64,000 nucleotides of DNA from Chiloscyllium plagiosum (GCF_004010195.1 NC_057754.1:12628609-12692608); one strand, 5' to 3'. Numbered from the stretch's first letter, positions 50,590 to 63,215 are shown. Program-made: numbers and translations. The notes: generated from the sequence alone by a model not told the origin.

Positions 50590-51835
50590 CACAAACCCAT
50601 GCTGACTATCTTTAATTAAACTATGGTTTTCCAAGTAATAATAAATCCTGTCTCTCAGAATACTCTCCAGTACTTTGCCCACCACTCACATAAGACTGAC
50701 TGGTCTGTAATTCCCAGGATTATCCCTATTTCCTTTCTTGAACAAGGGAATAACATTTGCCACCCTCCAATCATCTGGCACTATTCCAGTGGACAGTGAG
50801 GAGGCAAAGATCATTGTCAAAGGCATAGCAATCTCTTCCCTCGCTTCCTGTAGTAACCTCGGGTATATCCCAGTCTGACCCAGGGGATTTATCTATCCTT
50901 ATGTTATTCAAAATTTTCAGTATCCTCCTTCCTAACATTAACCTGGTCTAGCATATCAGTCTGTTTCACACTATCCACAGAAATATGAAGGTCCCTCTCA
51001 GGAGTGATTACTGAAGCATTCATTAATAATCTACCCAACTTCTTCTGTCTCCAGGTACAAGTTCCCTACACCATCTCTGATCAGGCCTATCCTCATTCTA
51101 GCCATCCTCTTGTTCTTCACATAAGTTAGAACTCTTTAGGGTTTTCCTTAATGCTACTCACTAAAGCTTTTTTATGCTCTCTTCTAGCTGTCTTAAGTCC
51201 ATTCTTCTGTTCCTGGCTACCTTGTAACCCTTTAAAGCCCTGTTTGATTCTTGCCTCCTCAACCTTAAGTAAGCTTCCTTCTTCGTCTTGACTAGTTGTT
51301 CCACAACCCTTGTCTCCCAAGGTTCTTTTAATTTACCATCCCTTCCTTGCCTCAGTGGGACAACCTGTCTAGCACTATCAGTAGGTAGTTTCTTCCCCCT
51401 CCCTCAATTGAATACTTTCCCATACTATCTACTCCTATCCTTCTCCATGAGTATAGTAAAGGTCATAGAGTTGTGATCACTATCACCGAAATGCTCCCTC
51501 ACCAAGAGATCGGACACTTGGAGTGGTTCTCCGCCAAGCACTAAGTCCAATATGGCCTCCCCTCTAGTTGGTCTATCTATATATTACATCAAGAACCTTT
51601 CCTGCACACACTTGACAAAAACTGCTCCATCCAAACTATTTGAACTAAGTAGGTTCCAATCAATATTAGGAAAGTTAAAGTCACCTATGACAACAACCCT
51701 GTCATTTCTGCACCTTTCCAAAATCTGCCTCCATGTTCTGTTGCTATTGAGGAGCCTTTAGAAAACTCCCAATAAAGTGACTGCTCCTTTCCAGTTTCTC
51801 ACTTCCACCCATACTGACTTTGTGGACAAACCCTC
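50590..51835 (-). mobile_element. CR1 ORF2 fragment
   Basis: Paralog of 16420-17670. Confidence 0.9.
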
Positions 51836-51974
51836 CTAAAATTCTGTTTAACTGGACCAATCAATCCCAAACATTTCCAATTTGGCAGGGATGATACAAT
51901 TCTGTTTAACTGGACAGGACTTTATGAACACCAGCAGAAACAGACTGTGATGAACATGGCTCAGTCATGGATGC

Positions 51975-52690
51975 AACTAACAACAATCATTACAGATACT
52001 CATCAACTCACTGGTGTCTCTGCAGTTTGGATGATTGAGTGAATCCAAACTCACATACTCAGAACATACGAACTGTCTCCCCTCAGTGTGAATTCCGTGG
52101 TGTATACTAAGTTGAGATGATCGTTTGCTGCCAGTCCCACAGTGAGAGTACTTGAATGGCCTCTCCCCAGTGAATCCAAACTCACATACTCAGAACATAC
52201 GAACTGTCTCCCCTCAGTGTGAATTCCATGGTGTATACTAAGTTGAGATGATTGTTTGCTGCCAGTCCCAGTGAGAGTACTTGAATGGCCTCTCCCCAGT
52301 GTGAATTCTCGGTGCATACTGAGTTGAGATGATTGTTTATAGTCAGTCCCACAATGAGAGCACTTGAAAGATCTCTTCTCTGTGAACACGTTAATGACTA
52401 AATTTTAAAGCAATTTAGTCTGGCCATTTAAAAGATCTTTCAGTCGTGTGATCTTGCTGGTGTGTCAGCAGGGGTATGACTGAGTAAATCCTTTCTCATA
52501 CTCCAAGCAGGTAAATGGGCTCTCCTTGATGTGAAATTGCTGGTGTTTCAGAAGATTGGCTGCCCAGGTGAATCCATTCTAGAGCATGTGAATGGCCTAT
52601 CCCCAGTCTGATTGTATTGGTGGAGGATAAGTTCAAATGATCTCCTGAAACCAGCCTCTCATTGGTATGGATATGTTGATGGTGTATCAG
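51975..52690 (-). pseudogene. Decayed C2H2 ZNF pseudogene with an internal duplication
   Basis: Paralog of 17808-18340; ~131-bp segment repeated at ~52039 and ~52170. Confidence 0.8.
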
Positions 52691-52989
52691 CTGATCTTTC
52701 TCTATGACTAACTTAGAAAATATGTTTATAAAATAAGTTTATCTGAAGAAGACAAAACAATAATGCTGATTTTTCACAGATGTTGCCAGACCTGCTAAGC
52801 TTTTCCAGTAACTTCTGTTTTCGTTTCCTATTTACAGCATCCTGTTATATCAGTTATTATGTTCATAAAACTGTTCATCAAAAGGGAAGGACAGGAATTC
52901 AAAACTAAGAATTTAGTTTCCATTGAAACTCTAATGTTCTTCAATACCCCTCATATTCTCCACCTGACTATTGTGGTTCAGGAACAAAT

Positions 52990-54180
52990 TACTGCAGATG
53001 CTGGAATCTGGACTGAAAGACAACAAACGGAGGTCACAGAGAGTCAGACAGAATCCATGAGAGAGCAAGCTAACTTTTCAAGTCTAGATGAATCTTCATC
53101 AGATTAGTCCAATACCAACACCCTCCTTCTGCAAGCACAGAAGATGAAACATCTGCCCCTTCACTTCCTCCCTGCTCCCCATCCAATGGCCTAAACAGTC
53201 TTCCCAGATGAAACCTGTACCTCTTCCAATCTTGTGTATTGTATTCACTACACCCAATGCGGCCTACACTATATTGCAGAAATCAAACACAGACCGAGTG
53301 TCCGTTTTGCAGAAAATCTCCAGTCTGGACACAGGCATTACCCTGACCTTCCAGTATCCAGTCATTTTAGCACAGCTTCCTGCTTTCATGCCGAAAGCAT
53401 GCTGAAGTGTTCCAGTGAATCACAGCACAAACTGGAGGAATGACATCTCATCTTCAAACCAGGCACGTTACAGCCTTTTGGACTCAACATTGAGTTCAAC
53501 ACCTTCAAATTGTGAACGATTTCTTTCCTTTTCACTTGTTACACTCTGTCACCATGTCCTCTCTCCCCTCCCCCCATCCCAATGGGACAGTCTGTTCTCC
53601 CCAGTCTGACAATTAGACACACCATTGTTTTGCCATTCTCACCTTCTGATCACTTAATCAGAGCTATTAACATCTTCTCTCCACAAGTACCCTACATCCA
53701 CTGGGCCCACACCTGTACTATAAACTGTTAGCTCGTCCACAGTTCTGATGAAGAGTGACGGTGGTACAGTGGCATGGCACGGTACACCACGGTGGCTTAG
53801 TGGTTAACACTGCTGCTTCACAGCACCAGAGACATGGTTTCAATTTCCACCTCAGGCAACTGTCTGTGTGGAGTTTGCACATTCTCCCTGTGTCTGCGTG
53901 GGTTTCTTTCAGGTGCTTCAGTTTCCTCCCACAGTCCAAAGATGTACAGGTCAGGTGAATTGGCCTTGCTAAATTGCCTATAGTGTTAGGTGCATTAGTC
54001 AGGGTTATATATAGGGCGGGGTAATGGGTCTGGTGGGTTACTCTTCGGAGGGTCGGTGTGGATTGTTGGGCCTGTTTCCATACTGTGGGGAATCTAACCT
54101 AATCTTGACTGGAAATGTCAGCTTGCTCTCTGCCCCAGATGCTGTCTGACCCACTGTGATCTCCACCATTTGCTGCTTAC
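52990..54180 (+). mobile_element. PLE 3' fragment with inverted left terminus; right hammerhead split by a SINE
   Basis: YCI...CGLHYIAEIK GIY-YIG remnant; ctgatgaagagt (53744) ... gactggaaatgtcag (~54107). Confidence 0.8.
53770..54103 (+). mobile_element. HE1-like V-SINE
   Basis: Head, V-core and aatctaacctaatc tail. Confidence 0.88.
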
Positions 54181-54429
54181 GCTATGTTGTTCTAAATACT
54201 GCCCGCCTACGTCTTTAATCGAGGTTTGTCTTAGATAACTAAGATAGTACCCATGAAGATGATCCCGTTCCTGTTGAGAAGCTTGTAACTGTTGGAACTG
54301 CAGCTTGTTGTTGGGCTCTGCACTGAGGGGTGCGGCCAGTTCTCAGGGGTTCCTTCCTTCCCACTCCAGTGAGGAGTGGGTAAGGATCAGGAAGCTCCCT
54401 GATTGGTTGTCTGGCCCAGCCTGATCAAG

Positions 54430-54557
54430 TGAAGAAGCCCTTCCTGAAGAAGGGCTCATGCCCGAAACGTCGATTCTCCTGTTCCTTGGATGCTGCCTGA
54501 CCTGCTGCGCTTTTCCAGCAACACATTTTCAGCTCTGATCTCCAGCCCTCATTTTCT
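54430..54557 (+). mobile_element. 128-bp hammerhead mini-element
   Basis: TSD cccagcctgatcaag at 54415-54429 and 54558-54572; CTGAAGA-a-GGGC/tcat/GCCC-GAAACGTC at 54444-54471. Confidence 0.92.
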
Positions 54558-57037
54558 CCCAGCCTGATCAAGCTTGTGCTATGAGGACCTGGGCCTCACC
54601 GCCGAGACATGCCGAACAGGTGTCTCTGATTCAAACGGCGCAACAGTGACTTACTTTTCAGTGGTTAAATTATTCTCAACATGTTTACAAAACCTCCTAA
54701 TCCACCCTCCCAGCTCCATAAACTGAAGGATGATCACACCCGCCATGATGTTCCACCCACAGAGTGGACCACCACATACCGTTTGCTCCATCGCCCAGTG
54801 TTGCAGCAAATTGACAGCGGTTCTGCATCAATAGGGGGGAGGGGACAGGACTGGATGTCCCATTTGGAGCGGATGGTTTTCCAATGAGTCAGAGTGACTG
54901 AAGGACAGGGCTGAATGAGGGAGCTGGAAACGATGATCCTCCAACGAGTCGGAGTGAATGAGTGGTGGAGCGGGATAACCGAGCTGGAACTGGATGGTCC
55001 TCCAACCAATAGAAACATAGAAGGTAGGAGCACGATGATTTAATTTGGTCCTTCCAGCCAGCTGCACCATTTATCGCCATCATTGCTGATTGTCCAACTC
55101 AATAGCCTAATTCTGCTTTCTCCCCATAACCTTTGATCACATTCGCCCGAAGTGCAAGATCTAGCCGCCTCGTCAATGTATTGGCATCAATTACTTCCTG
55201 TGGTAATGAATTCCATGCGCGCACTCTTTGGGGGAAGAAATGTCTCCTCAAATGGTCCACCCCAAATCCTCAGACTATGACCCCTGGGTCTGGACACACC
55301 CACCATTGGGACATCCTCCCTGCATCTACTCTGTCTCCTCCTTCTAGCATTGAAATCTCTAAGAGATCTCCCCTCATTCATCTGAACTCCAGCAAAAATA
55401 ATCCCAACTTCATCAATCTCTCCTCATATGTCAGTCCAGTCATCTACAGAATCAGTCTGATAAAATTTTGCTGCACTCATTTAAGAGCAAGAGCATTCTT
55501 CCTCAGAAAAGGAGACCAAAACTGCACACCACATGTCAGGTGTGCCCTCACCAAGGACCTGTATAATTGCAACAATGCATCCCTGCTCCTGTTTCTCTCA
55601 GATTCCAGGAGGTTTCCTCCCTTTTACAATAAACAGGCCAAGTGCAGGGAAATGGGCTGTGCATGGAGAGACATTTTGGTCCACGTGGACCAGTTTGAGC
55701 CAAAGTGCTGCAGGACTCTATGACTCTATAAACTGACATTCTCACAACTGCTGGGACTAATCCACTATGTAAGGATGTTTGGAAAATTACAACCAATGCA
55801 TTCTCTATCCATTTATGCTTGTTTTAGAATCATGGGATGTAAACCTTCATGGCCAGTGGTCTTATCTGATGTTAGCCCATCATTTTGTCAAATGTGACTT
55901 CATTCCACATCTCCAACCCTATCCCGTATTCTTCAGTCTACATTTGATAGTCCCTGTTCTCAAGGGGATGATTTACCTTGATATAATTTAAGTCTTCCAC
56001 ATTACACATTACCAGATACAAATTAACTGAGCCCTTTCAGCATAACTTGCTTCTTTGGACAGTTACAGAAACACGTCTATCTGTAATTTATCCCCCTGCA
56101 CAAAGAAAGGCTGTTGTGGTGAAAGAAGAAACAGAAATCAATCTTTATTTGGTATAGATTTAATTAAGGAGTAAGACATTTCATGTCTGTCTGCCCTGAC
56201 TTTGTCAGTAAATGTCTCTTTATGTGTTCTCCAGTCACCAACAAGTTTACTCAGTATTTGATAAAATTAACAGCTGCAGTCAGTGTTACTAAAGTGTTTA
56301 TCCTGTGTGGCTGCCAAGGAGTCTCAGCAGGTGGGATGATTGACTAAATCCTTTCCCACACTCAGAACAAATGAATGGCTTCTCTCCAGGGTGAAGCCAT
56401 AAGTGTCTCAGCAGCCTGGATGTCTGACAGAATCCATTTCCACACACAGCATTTTTCACAGAGGGTGCAAGAATGGAATGAGCTGCCAGAGGAAGGGGTG
56501 GGGGCTGGTGCAGTTACAACACTTATAAGGCATCTTGATGAGTAAATGAATAGGAAGGGTTGAGAGGGATGTGGGCCAAATGCTGGCAGATGAGGTGAGA
56601 TTTATTTATGATATCTTGTCAGCATGGACAAGTTGGACCAGAAAGTCTGTTTCTGTGTTGTACATCTCTATGTCTCTCCCAGTCTTTCTCTCTCTCTATG
56701 ATGTCTTGCTGCAATCTGCTCCCAGTTCAGACACGGAGTTGTGTTTGGGGCTGTGTCAGTGGGAACTGGATTGCTTCCACTTCAAACCAATGTTATCCAA
56801 TCATATCCCTGAATGGACACAGAGATTGTGGGGATGGAGGGTGGGGAACTGAGGTCAGTGAGGGCGTGTGCAACAGAGACTGGCAGGGCACGTTTGTCTC
56901 CAAATATGGGAGAGATTTTAGCTGATTTAATTATGTTAGACTTACCATTGAATGTTCTGATGTACAGTTTGCTTATCCAGCTGTCATTCGATATTAAGTG
57001 TGTCTGGAAAAATCAACAAGAATTAGATAAAATATAA

Positions 57038-57378
57038 TCCCTCAGCCCTGACCCTCTAACAATGTCTGCTCCCTCAGCACTGACCCTCCGACAGTGCCCG
57101 CTCCCTCAGCGCTGACCCGCTGACAGTGCCCGCTCCCTCAGCGCTGATCCGCCGACAGTGCCCGCTCCCTCAGCGCTGGCCTGCCAACAGTGCCCGCTCC
57201 CTCAGTGCTGGCACGCCGACAATGCCCGCTCCCTCAGCAATGACCCTTCGACAGTGCCCTCTCTCAGCTAATCCTCCAACACTGCCCGCTCCCTCAACAC
57301 TGATCCTCAAAGTGCCCGCTCCTGCAACATTGATAGTACGCACTCCTTCAGTACTGACCCTCTGACGGTGCCTGTGCC
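57038..57378. repeat. 32-bp minisatellite
   Basis: gacagtgcccgctccctcagcgctgacccgct at 57090, 57122 and onward; paralog of 22050-22402. Confidence 0.9.
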
Positions 57379-59409
57379 CTCGGCATTCTGATTGCAGCTT
57401 GGTCCTGGTTCACTGTTACACTCACTTGCACAGTTTTCAACAAGTTTTGAAGCAACCAAGGACATCATCGGTGAGTTCCTCTGCTAACTGATAACAGTGT
57501 CCTGGGAGTAAAGGAAACAGAGAGGTGAGCTGGAAAACTCCTTGTCCCTGTCACCTTTGACCAATTCCTGCCTAATTCTCAGCACAGCCCAAAACCCACA
57601 GATATGTTTCTGTCTCTCCTTAGCAACAGGCCCCAAACCCTCAACAACTCTGGGCTCATCCTCAGCAACAGGCCCAATATTATAGCTGTCTTCTATTTCA
57701 TCCCTAGCTTCGGTCCAAAATCCTGACCAATCCCCATCTCATCCTTGACAAAGTCCTCATACTATGGTCAACTCCGCTTGCATCTTTAGCCACAGGCGTC
57801 AGGTCCTGACTAACTTCTTTTCCATCCTTAACCTTCGGCCCCATACCCTATCTACCAACATCCTTAGCAAAAAGGTCCAATTCCATTGCCATCTCAACAC
57901 TGGCTTGGGTCCCAACCCTGTCCAACTCCTATCTTATCCTTAAGTAATAGGACTCAGACACCTGGCTAGGTCCCATCTCCTCGTTAGCAACAGCCCACAA
58001 GGGTCTGTAGCTTGTTGCAGGATATGTGACTAGCCATGTAAGTAATATAGACCTACTACTAAAGCCCCACTTCTCCCAAGCACTGTGATTGGTGTAATTG
58101 CAGTACTCCACCCCAGGAGCCAGCAGGTAGTAATAGTTGGCACAGCCACAGGGGAACATTACGGTGAGTTGGAAGCAGGAACAGACTCATGTCTTTTGGA
58201 GGTTGGTGTGGGGAAAGAGGGGAACAGTCAGGGCTGGAGTGGAAAGGTGTGTCGGGAAAGGTGTGGGCTTCAATGTTGAAATTATCAACAGAAGGATTAA
58301 AAATCTGCGGAATAGGACTGATGCCTAGAAATGTGAAACTTAGCAACAGGCCAGAAAGCCTTAGGTCTTGGAATAGCAACGGGTGTAGAGCTGGAGGAGA
58401 TTACAGAGATAGGGAGGGGGTATGAGCTGGAGGAGGTACCGAGGGGTGTAGAGGCTGAAGATTACTGAGATAGAAATGGGCTGGAAGAGGTTACAGAGAG
58501 AGAGAAAGAGAGTGTGCACGAGCCCTTGGTGACCAAGAAGATAAGAGGCTGCGTGAAAATTAAAGCCAGTGACCTCCATGAAGTGGGAATGATCCTAGGA
58601 AGGAGGGAGAGTTTCTCTCTCTCTCTCTATCCAACCCCCTTTCCCTCACATGAACTGACAATCCTCGATGAACACTCACGTGCTCGCCTCATCCAAGGGT
58701 CCTTCTTTGAGAGTAATGCACTATGAGATTCACGTAGGTGGACGGTGTCCCACTCCTTCAGGGCATCCACAACAGACAGGGGCCAGTTATTAAAGCAGTC
58801 TGCAGGTGGAATCACACTCTGTACAGGGAACTTGAGGAGCTGGGGGAGTGGTGGGAGTGCTGAGTAGGGAGTTGCAACTCGTCTCTGATGTCCGGAGCCA
58901 GGAGCACGGGAACTGAAAGGTGCTGCTGCACCCCCCCCACCAGGTTGAACAGCCACTGGAAACAGGGTCCAGGCACGGACCGAGTGGAAGGGGTTGAGGT
59001 CAGGACACCACTGGATCCATCTGCGAATGTATTCTGATCCTTTCCCCTTGTACCATACCCTCCCACTTTTCCAGAACTCATCACCTCCAAGCCGATCTTC
59101 CCGGAGCTGTTGAGGGGTGGGGGGGAAGGTGGTTGTCTGTGGGTCCATGCATCCACCTCCCCATTGCCATCTACCCATTGGGGCCAGATTTCCAGAGCTG
59201 ATGATTCACGCCGCCCATCTGGGTTGATCAGCCGCAGACTCAGGTGCTGCGGGATGGTCGCCCAGTGATCCTGGGTGGATGGTCCGAGAGCTTTACCCCA
59301 GGGACCCTGATTACGGGACAGGACGTGCAGGGTCTCCTGGGTCAAAAGGTCCAACTCCCTCAGGTTCTCTCTACCCACTTGTACCTTCAGGGGCATAAAT
59401 ACACTCATC

Positions 59410-59660
59410 TCAGTCTGGGATAGGAGTACTGAGAGCTTTAGTCTGTATGTAATGCCATGCTGTCCTTGTCCTGGGGAGTGTTTGATAGGGGACAGTGTAG
59501 AGGGAGCTTTACTCTGCATCTCAAGCCAAACTATCCCTGTCCTGGGGAATGTTTAATGGGGGAAAAGTGTTGACGAAGTTTTACTCTGTATATATTCCCT
59601 GTCCCTGCGAGTGTTTGATGGGGAATAGTGTAAAGGAAGCTTTACTCTTGTAGCTAATCC
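59410..59660. repeat. Degenerate ~65-70 bp tandem repeat
   Basis: Recurring ccctgtcctggggagtgtttgatggggacagtgtagagggagctttactctgta. Confidence 0.75.
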
Positions 59661-59854
59661 CTGTGGAGGCTTACAGACTCTCAGATGTAGGTCATGGTAG
59701 AAGGGAAATGCAAGGAAATAATGAGCCCATTGCCTAGCAACCACATAACCCACAGTAGGTCTGTGGCCTACTTTTTCAATACAGTGGTCAAAGCCAGAGA
59801 TTGTTAGCTTGATGACATACAGCCAGACTCCCTGATGGTCTGCATTGGTGACCA

Positions 59855-60200
59855 TAAGTCATAGGAGTGAAAGTAAGACCATTCGGCCCATTAAGGCCAC
59901 TCCGCCATTTAATCATGGCTGTTGGGCATTTCAGCTCCGCTTACCCACACTCTCCCCGTAGCCCTTAATTCCTTGCGAGATCAAGAATTTATCAATCTCT
60001 GCCTTGAAGACATTTAACGTCCCAGCCTCCACTGCACTCCATGGCAATGAATTCCACAGGCCCACCACTCTCCTAAAAAAAAATGGAAGAAATGTCTCCT
60101 CATTTCCATTCTAAATTGACCCCCACTAATTCTAAAGCTGTTCCCATGTGTCCTAGTCTCCCTACATAACAGAAACAACTTCCCAGCATCCAACCTTTCT
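59855..60200 (-). mobile_element. CR1 3' end fragment
   Basis: Antisense of VGLWNSLP...EAG...FKAEIDKFL; cataagtcatagga tail. Confidence 0.75.
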
Positions 60201-60534
60201 AAGTGACAAACATCAGCTCCTTGTCATTAGGTAGATCAGCAAGTAAAATTGGTCTTTCCTGTTGATCATGAATGAGCTGAAAGCCAATTTTCCCACAGCC
60301 CAATAGGGTAGGCCATGCTATCGCTGAGGTCAGGTGGTGGGGGAAGCAGGAAGAGAAAAAGCATTTTACCAGCACAGAAACTGAATGCTACATGTTATAG
60401 GAGGAATTAATTTGACAGCTTTAAAGATAGTTGATATATAGAATAAGATACCTGGGAGTGAGTTACAGACTAGAATCTAATCAAGGGGTTCGGAGTGGTT
60501 TATGTATAGAATAACAGATACCCAGGAGTGAGTT

Positions 60535-60860
60535 AGAATTAGAATCCCTACAGTCTGGAAACAGACCCTTCAGCCCAACAAGTCCACACCAACCCTCTGA
60601 AGAGTAACTCACCCAGACCCATTCCCCTACCGTATATTTACCCAGACTAGTGCATCTAACCTACAGATCCCTGAACACTACGGGCAATTTAGCATGGCCA
60701 ATTCATCTAACCTGCACATCTTTGGATTGTGGGAGGAAACCAGAGCGCCCGGAGGAAACATAGGAAAAATGTGCAAAGTCCACACAGCCCAAGGCTGAAA
60801 TTGAACCTGGGCCCCTGGTGCCGAGAGGCAGCAATGTTAATCACTGAGCCACCGTGGCAC
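60535..60860 (-). mobile_element. HE1-like V-SINE
   Basis: Head, V-core, ttagaattaga tail. Confidence 0.85.
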
Positions 60861-61399
60861 TCTAGTTACAAACCAGATGGGATGGTTTGTTAGGAATCAC
60901 ACCCACATACAGAACTCATGAACAGTGTCTTGTCACTGAATGGTGTAATGTATTTTCAGATTGTCTAACTGGTTAGAGCTCTTTCCACAGACAGTGTACT
61001 GGAACACTCACTGCAGCTGCAAGTGTCTCAGAATTTGTTCAATCACATTCTAAATAAAGCTTTCCGCAGACAGAACATTTCTCCCTTGATGGTCGAAGGC
61101 TGATGATTTTTAAGCCCTGCGGGGGGGGTCAGTCTGTCAGATTTTGACATGATGTTCAGTTGAAGTCTCCATCCAATCCGCTGTGAAAGAAGATCAAAGT
61201 GTCAGGATCAGGAGCAGCTCACAACAGAAAAAAAACAATTTGGAGAACCTAAGATGAGAAGCAATCAATTGAACAGAAGCCAAACTCCCCAGAGGTTCCC
61301 CAGAAAGCTCTGTCTCCAAGGTTACCCCTATACAGAGATGGCCAGGGAAGGCAGACTGACAGGCAGTGATCACTTCAACATTTGGGGCTTGTGTTCTAA

Positions 61400-62545
61400 A
61401 CTTTTTTTTATTTCAATAATATACTTAATTCATAAAATACTTTGATGGTCTGTACAGTTGAACATGCCATACATAAACATTCCATTTCTTTGCATACCGA
61501 AACAGAGTAATCATTCCTATTTACAGGTCTGTACAATTATATTTTTAGCTGAGGCATCAGCAGAGCCCAAATGACTGCGCGGGCCCCCTGTTCTTCTTTA
61601 GGCAGGCAGACGTTACACGGTGGTCTTTCCCCACCCCACGTTGGCAGCAGCTGCTCCAAGCTTCAGCGCGTCCCTCAGCATGTAGTCCTGGACCTTGGAA
61701 TGTGCCAGTCTGCAACACTCAGTCGGGGTCAACTCCTTCAGCTGGAAGATCAACAGGTTTCGGACCGCCCAGAGAGCGTCCTTCACCGAGCTGATGATCC
61801 TCCAGGCACAGTTGATGTTCGCCTCAGTGTGCGTCCCGGGGAACAGACCGTAGAGCATGGAGTCCCGCGTCACGGCACTGCTTGGGATGAACCTCGACAA
61901 ACACCACTGCATTCCTCTCCAGACTTCTTCTGCATAGGCACAGTGTTTTTCTTCATAAACTTCTCCACGAAGGACAGTTGATACGGAACGGTCCAACTAC
62001 TCGGAGCGTTCCACGGCAGCGAGGCCAGGCCCATCCTTCGGAACACCGGGGACAGGTAGAACCTCAGTACGTAGTGACACTTGGTGTTTGCGTACCGGGG
62101 ATCCACGCACAGCTTGGTGACTGCAGCGGCACAGGTTCTGGAAATAGGCCAGACCTGTGCCATGTATAATAGCAATGACAGTGCCTCACAGCTGATGACC
62201 AGGTTTTTTCCCGCGATGGAGAGCGACCGTAGCTTCAACCTCACTTTGCTGATACGCTCCTCCCAAGACTCGGTGCACACCCCAGCCCCCCCACCCCCCG
62301 AACCAAATACCCAGCACTTTCAGGTGGTCGGTCCTGACAGTGAAGGGGATTGAGGATTGGTTGGTCCAGTTCCTGAAGAGCTGGAAATGTGTTGCTGGAA
62401 AAGCGCAGCAGGTCAGGCAGCATCCAGGGAACAGGAGAATCGACGTTTCGGGCATAAGCCCTTCTTCAGGAATGTTTTGGTTGGTCCAGTTCCTGAAGAG
62501 CATGGCCTTGCTCTTGCCTCGGTTTACCTTGGCCCCCAGTTCCAA
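61400..62545 (-). mobile_element. Tx1-clade (L1-Tx1) LINE 3' fragment, internally deleted
   Basis: GAKVNRGKS, LKVLGIWFG, SLSIAGKNLVI, YVLRFYLSP, CAYAEEVW, KDALWAVRNLLIF; poly(A) 3' end at ~61402. Confidence 0.8.
62382..62476 (-). mobile_element. 95-bp hammerhead mini-element inserted in the Tx1 ORF
   Basis: 25-bp TSD ttggttggtccagttcctgaagagc at 62357-62381 and 62477-62501; minus-strand core CTGAAGA-a-GGGC/ttat/GCCC-GAAACGTC at 62442-62469. Confidence 0.92.
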
Positions 62546-62862
62546 ATCCTCTGGCGTGTGAGGAATCTAGAATTAGAGGGCATAGCTTTCGGGTGAAGGG
62601 GGAAAGATTTAAAAGCAACCTAAGGGGCAACTTTTTCACACAGAGGGTAGTGCATGTATGAAATAAGCTGCCAGAGGAAGTGGTGGAGCCTGGAACAATT
62701 ACAGCATCTAAAAGGCAACTGGATGGGTATATGTATAGGAAGGGTATAGGTGGACATGGGCTATGTACTGGCAAATGGGACCAGATTAACCTAGTATATG
62801 TGGTCAGCATGGACGACTTGGACCAAAGGGTCTGCTTCCATGCTGTACTTCTCTATGACTCT
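62545..62862 (+). mobile_element. CR1 3' end
   Basis: Matches the 3' end of the 1728-3034 element; ends ctctatgactct. Confidence 0.85.
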
Positions 62863-62989
62863 CGCTCCACCCTCATCTGCAATACAAACCCATCCCCACC
62901 ATTAGTTTCCTCCAAAACCAGTTTGCTCCCTCAGCCTCCTGCAGCTGGTTTCAGTTCGCTAGTTCACCTGTAGGTGGGTTGTAGTAGCG

Positions 62990-63215
62990 ATGTGGAGGTG
63001 CCGGGATTGGACTGGGGTGGACAAGGTCAAAAGTCTCATGACACCAGGTTACAGTCCAACAGTTTGTTTTAAATCACAAGCGTTCAGAGTGACACTGTGC
63101 ATGAAGAAGCAGCAGTGCTCTGAAACCTTGGGATTCCAAATAAACCTCTTGGGACTATAATGTGGTGTCGTGTAACTTCTGACCTTGCCAACCCCAGTTC
63201 AACATCGACACATGA
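62990..63215 (+). mobile_element. Old short interspersed repeat with decayed hammerhead-like motif
   Basis: Inverted ends (gggattggactgggg...gacaccag...tagtcc/cagtccaac versus gggactata...ggtgtc...ccccagttcaac) around atgaagaagcagcagtgctctgaaac. Confidence 0.45.

Larger units (their letters stand above)
38035..58628 (+). repeat. Segmental duplication, copy B
   Basis: Colinear with 5052-23627; offset rises from ~33.0 to ~35.0 kb through indels. Confidence 0.97.

Noticed and set aside
60900..61130. Additional ZNF gene
   Set aside because: Only faint CSVCGK-like codons on the minus strand; too decayed to call
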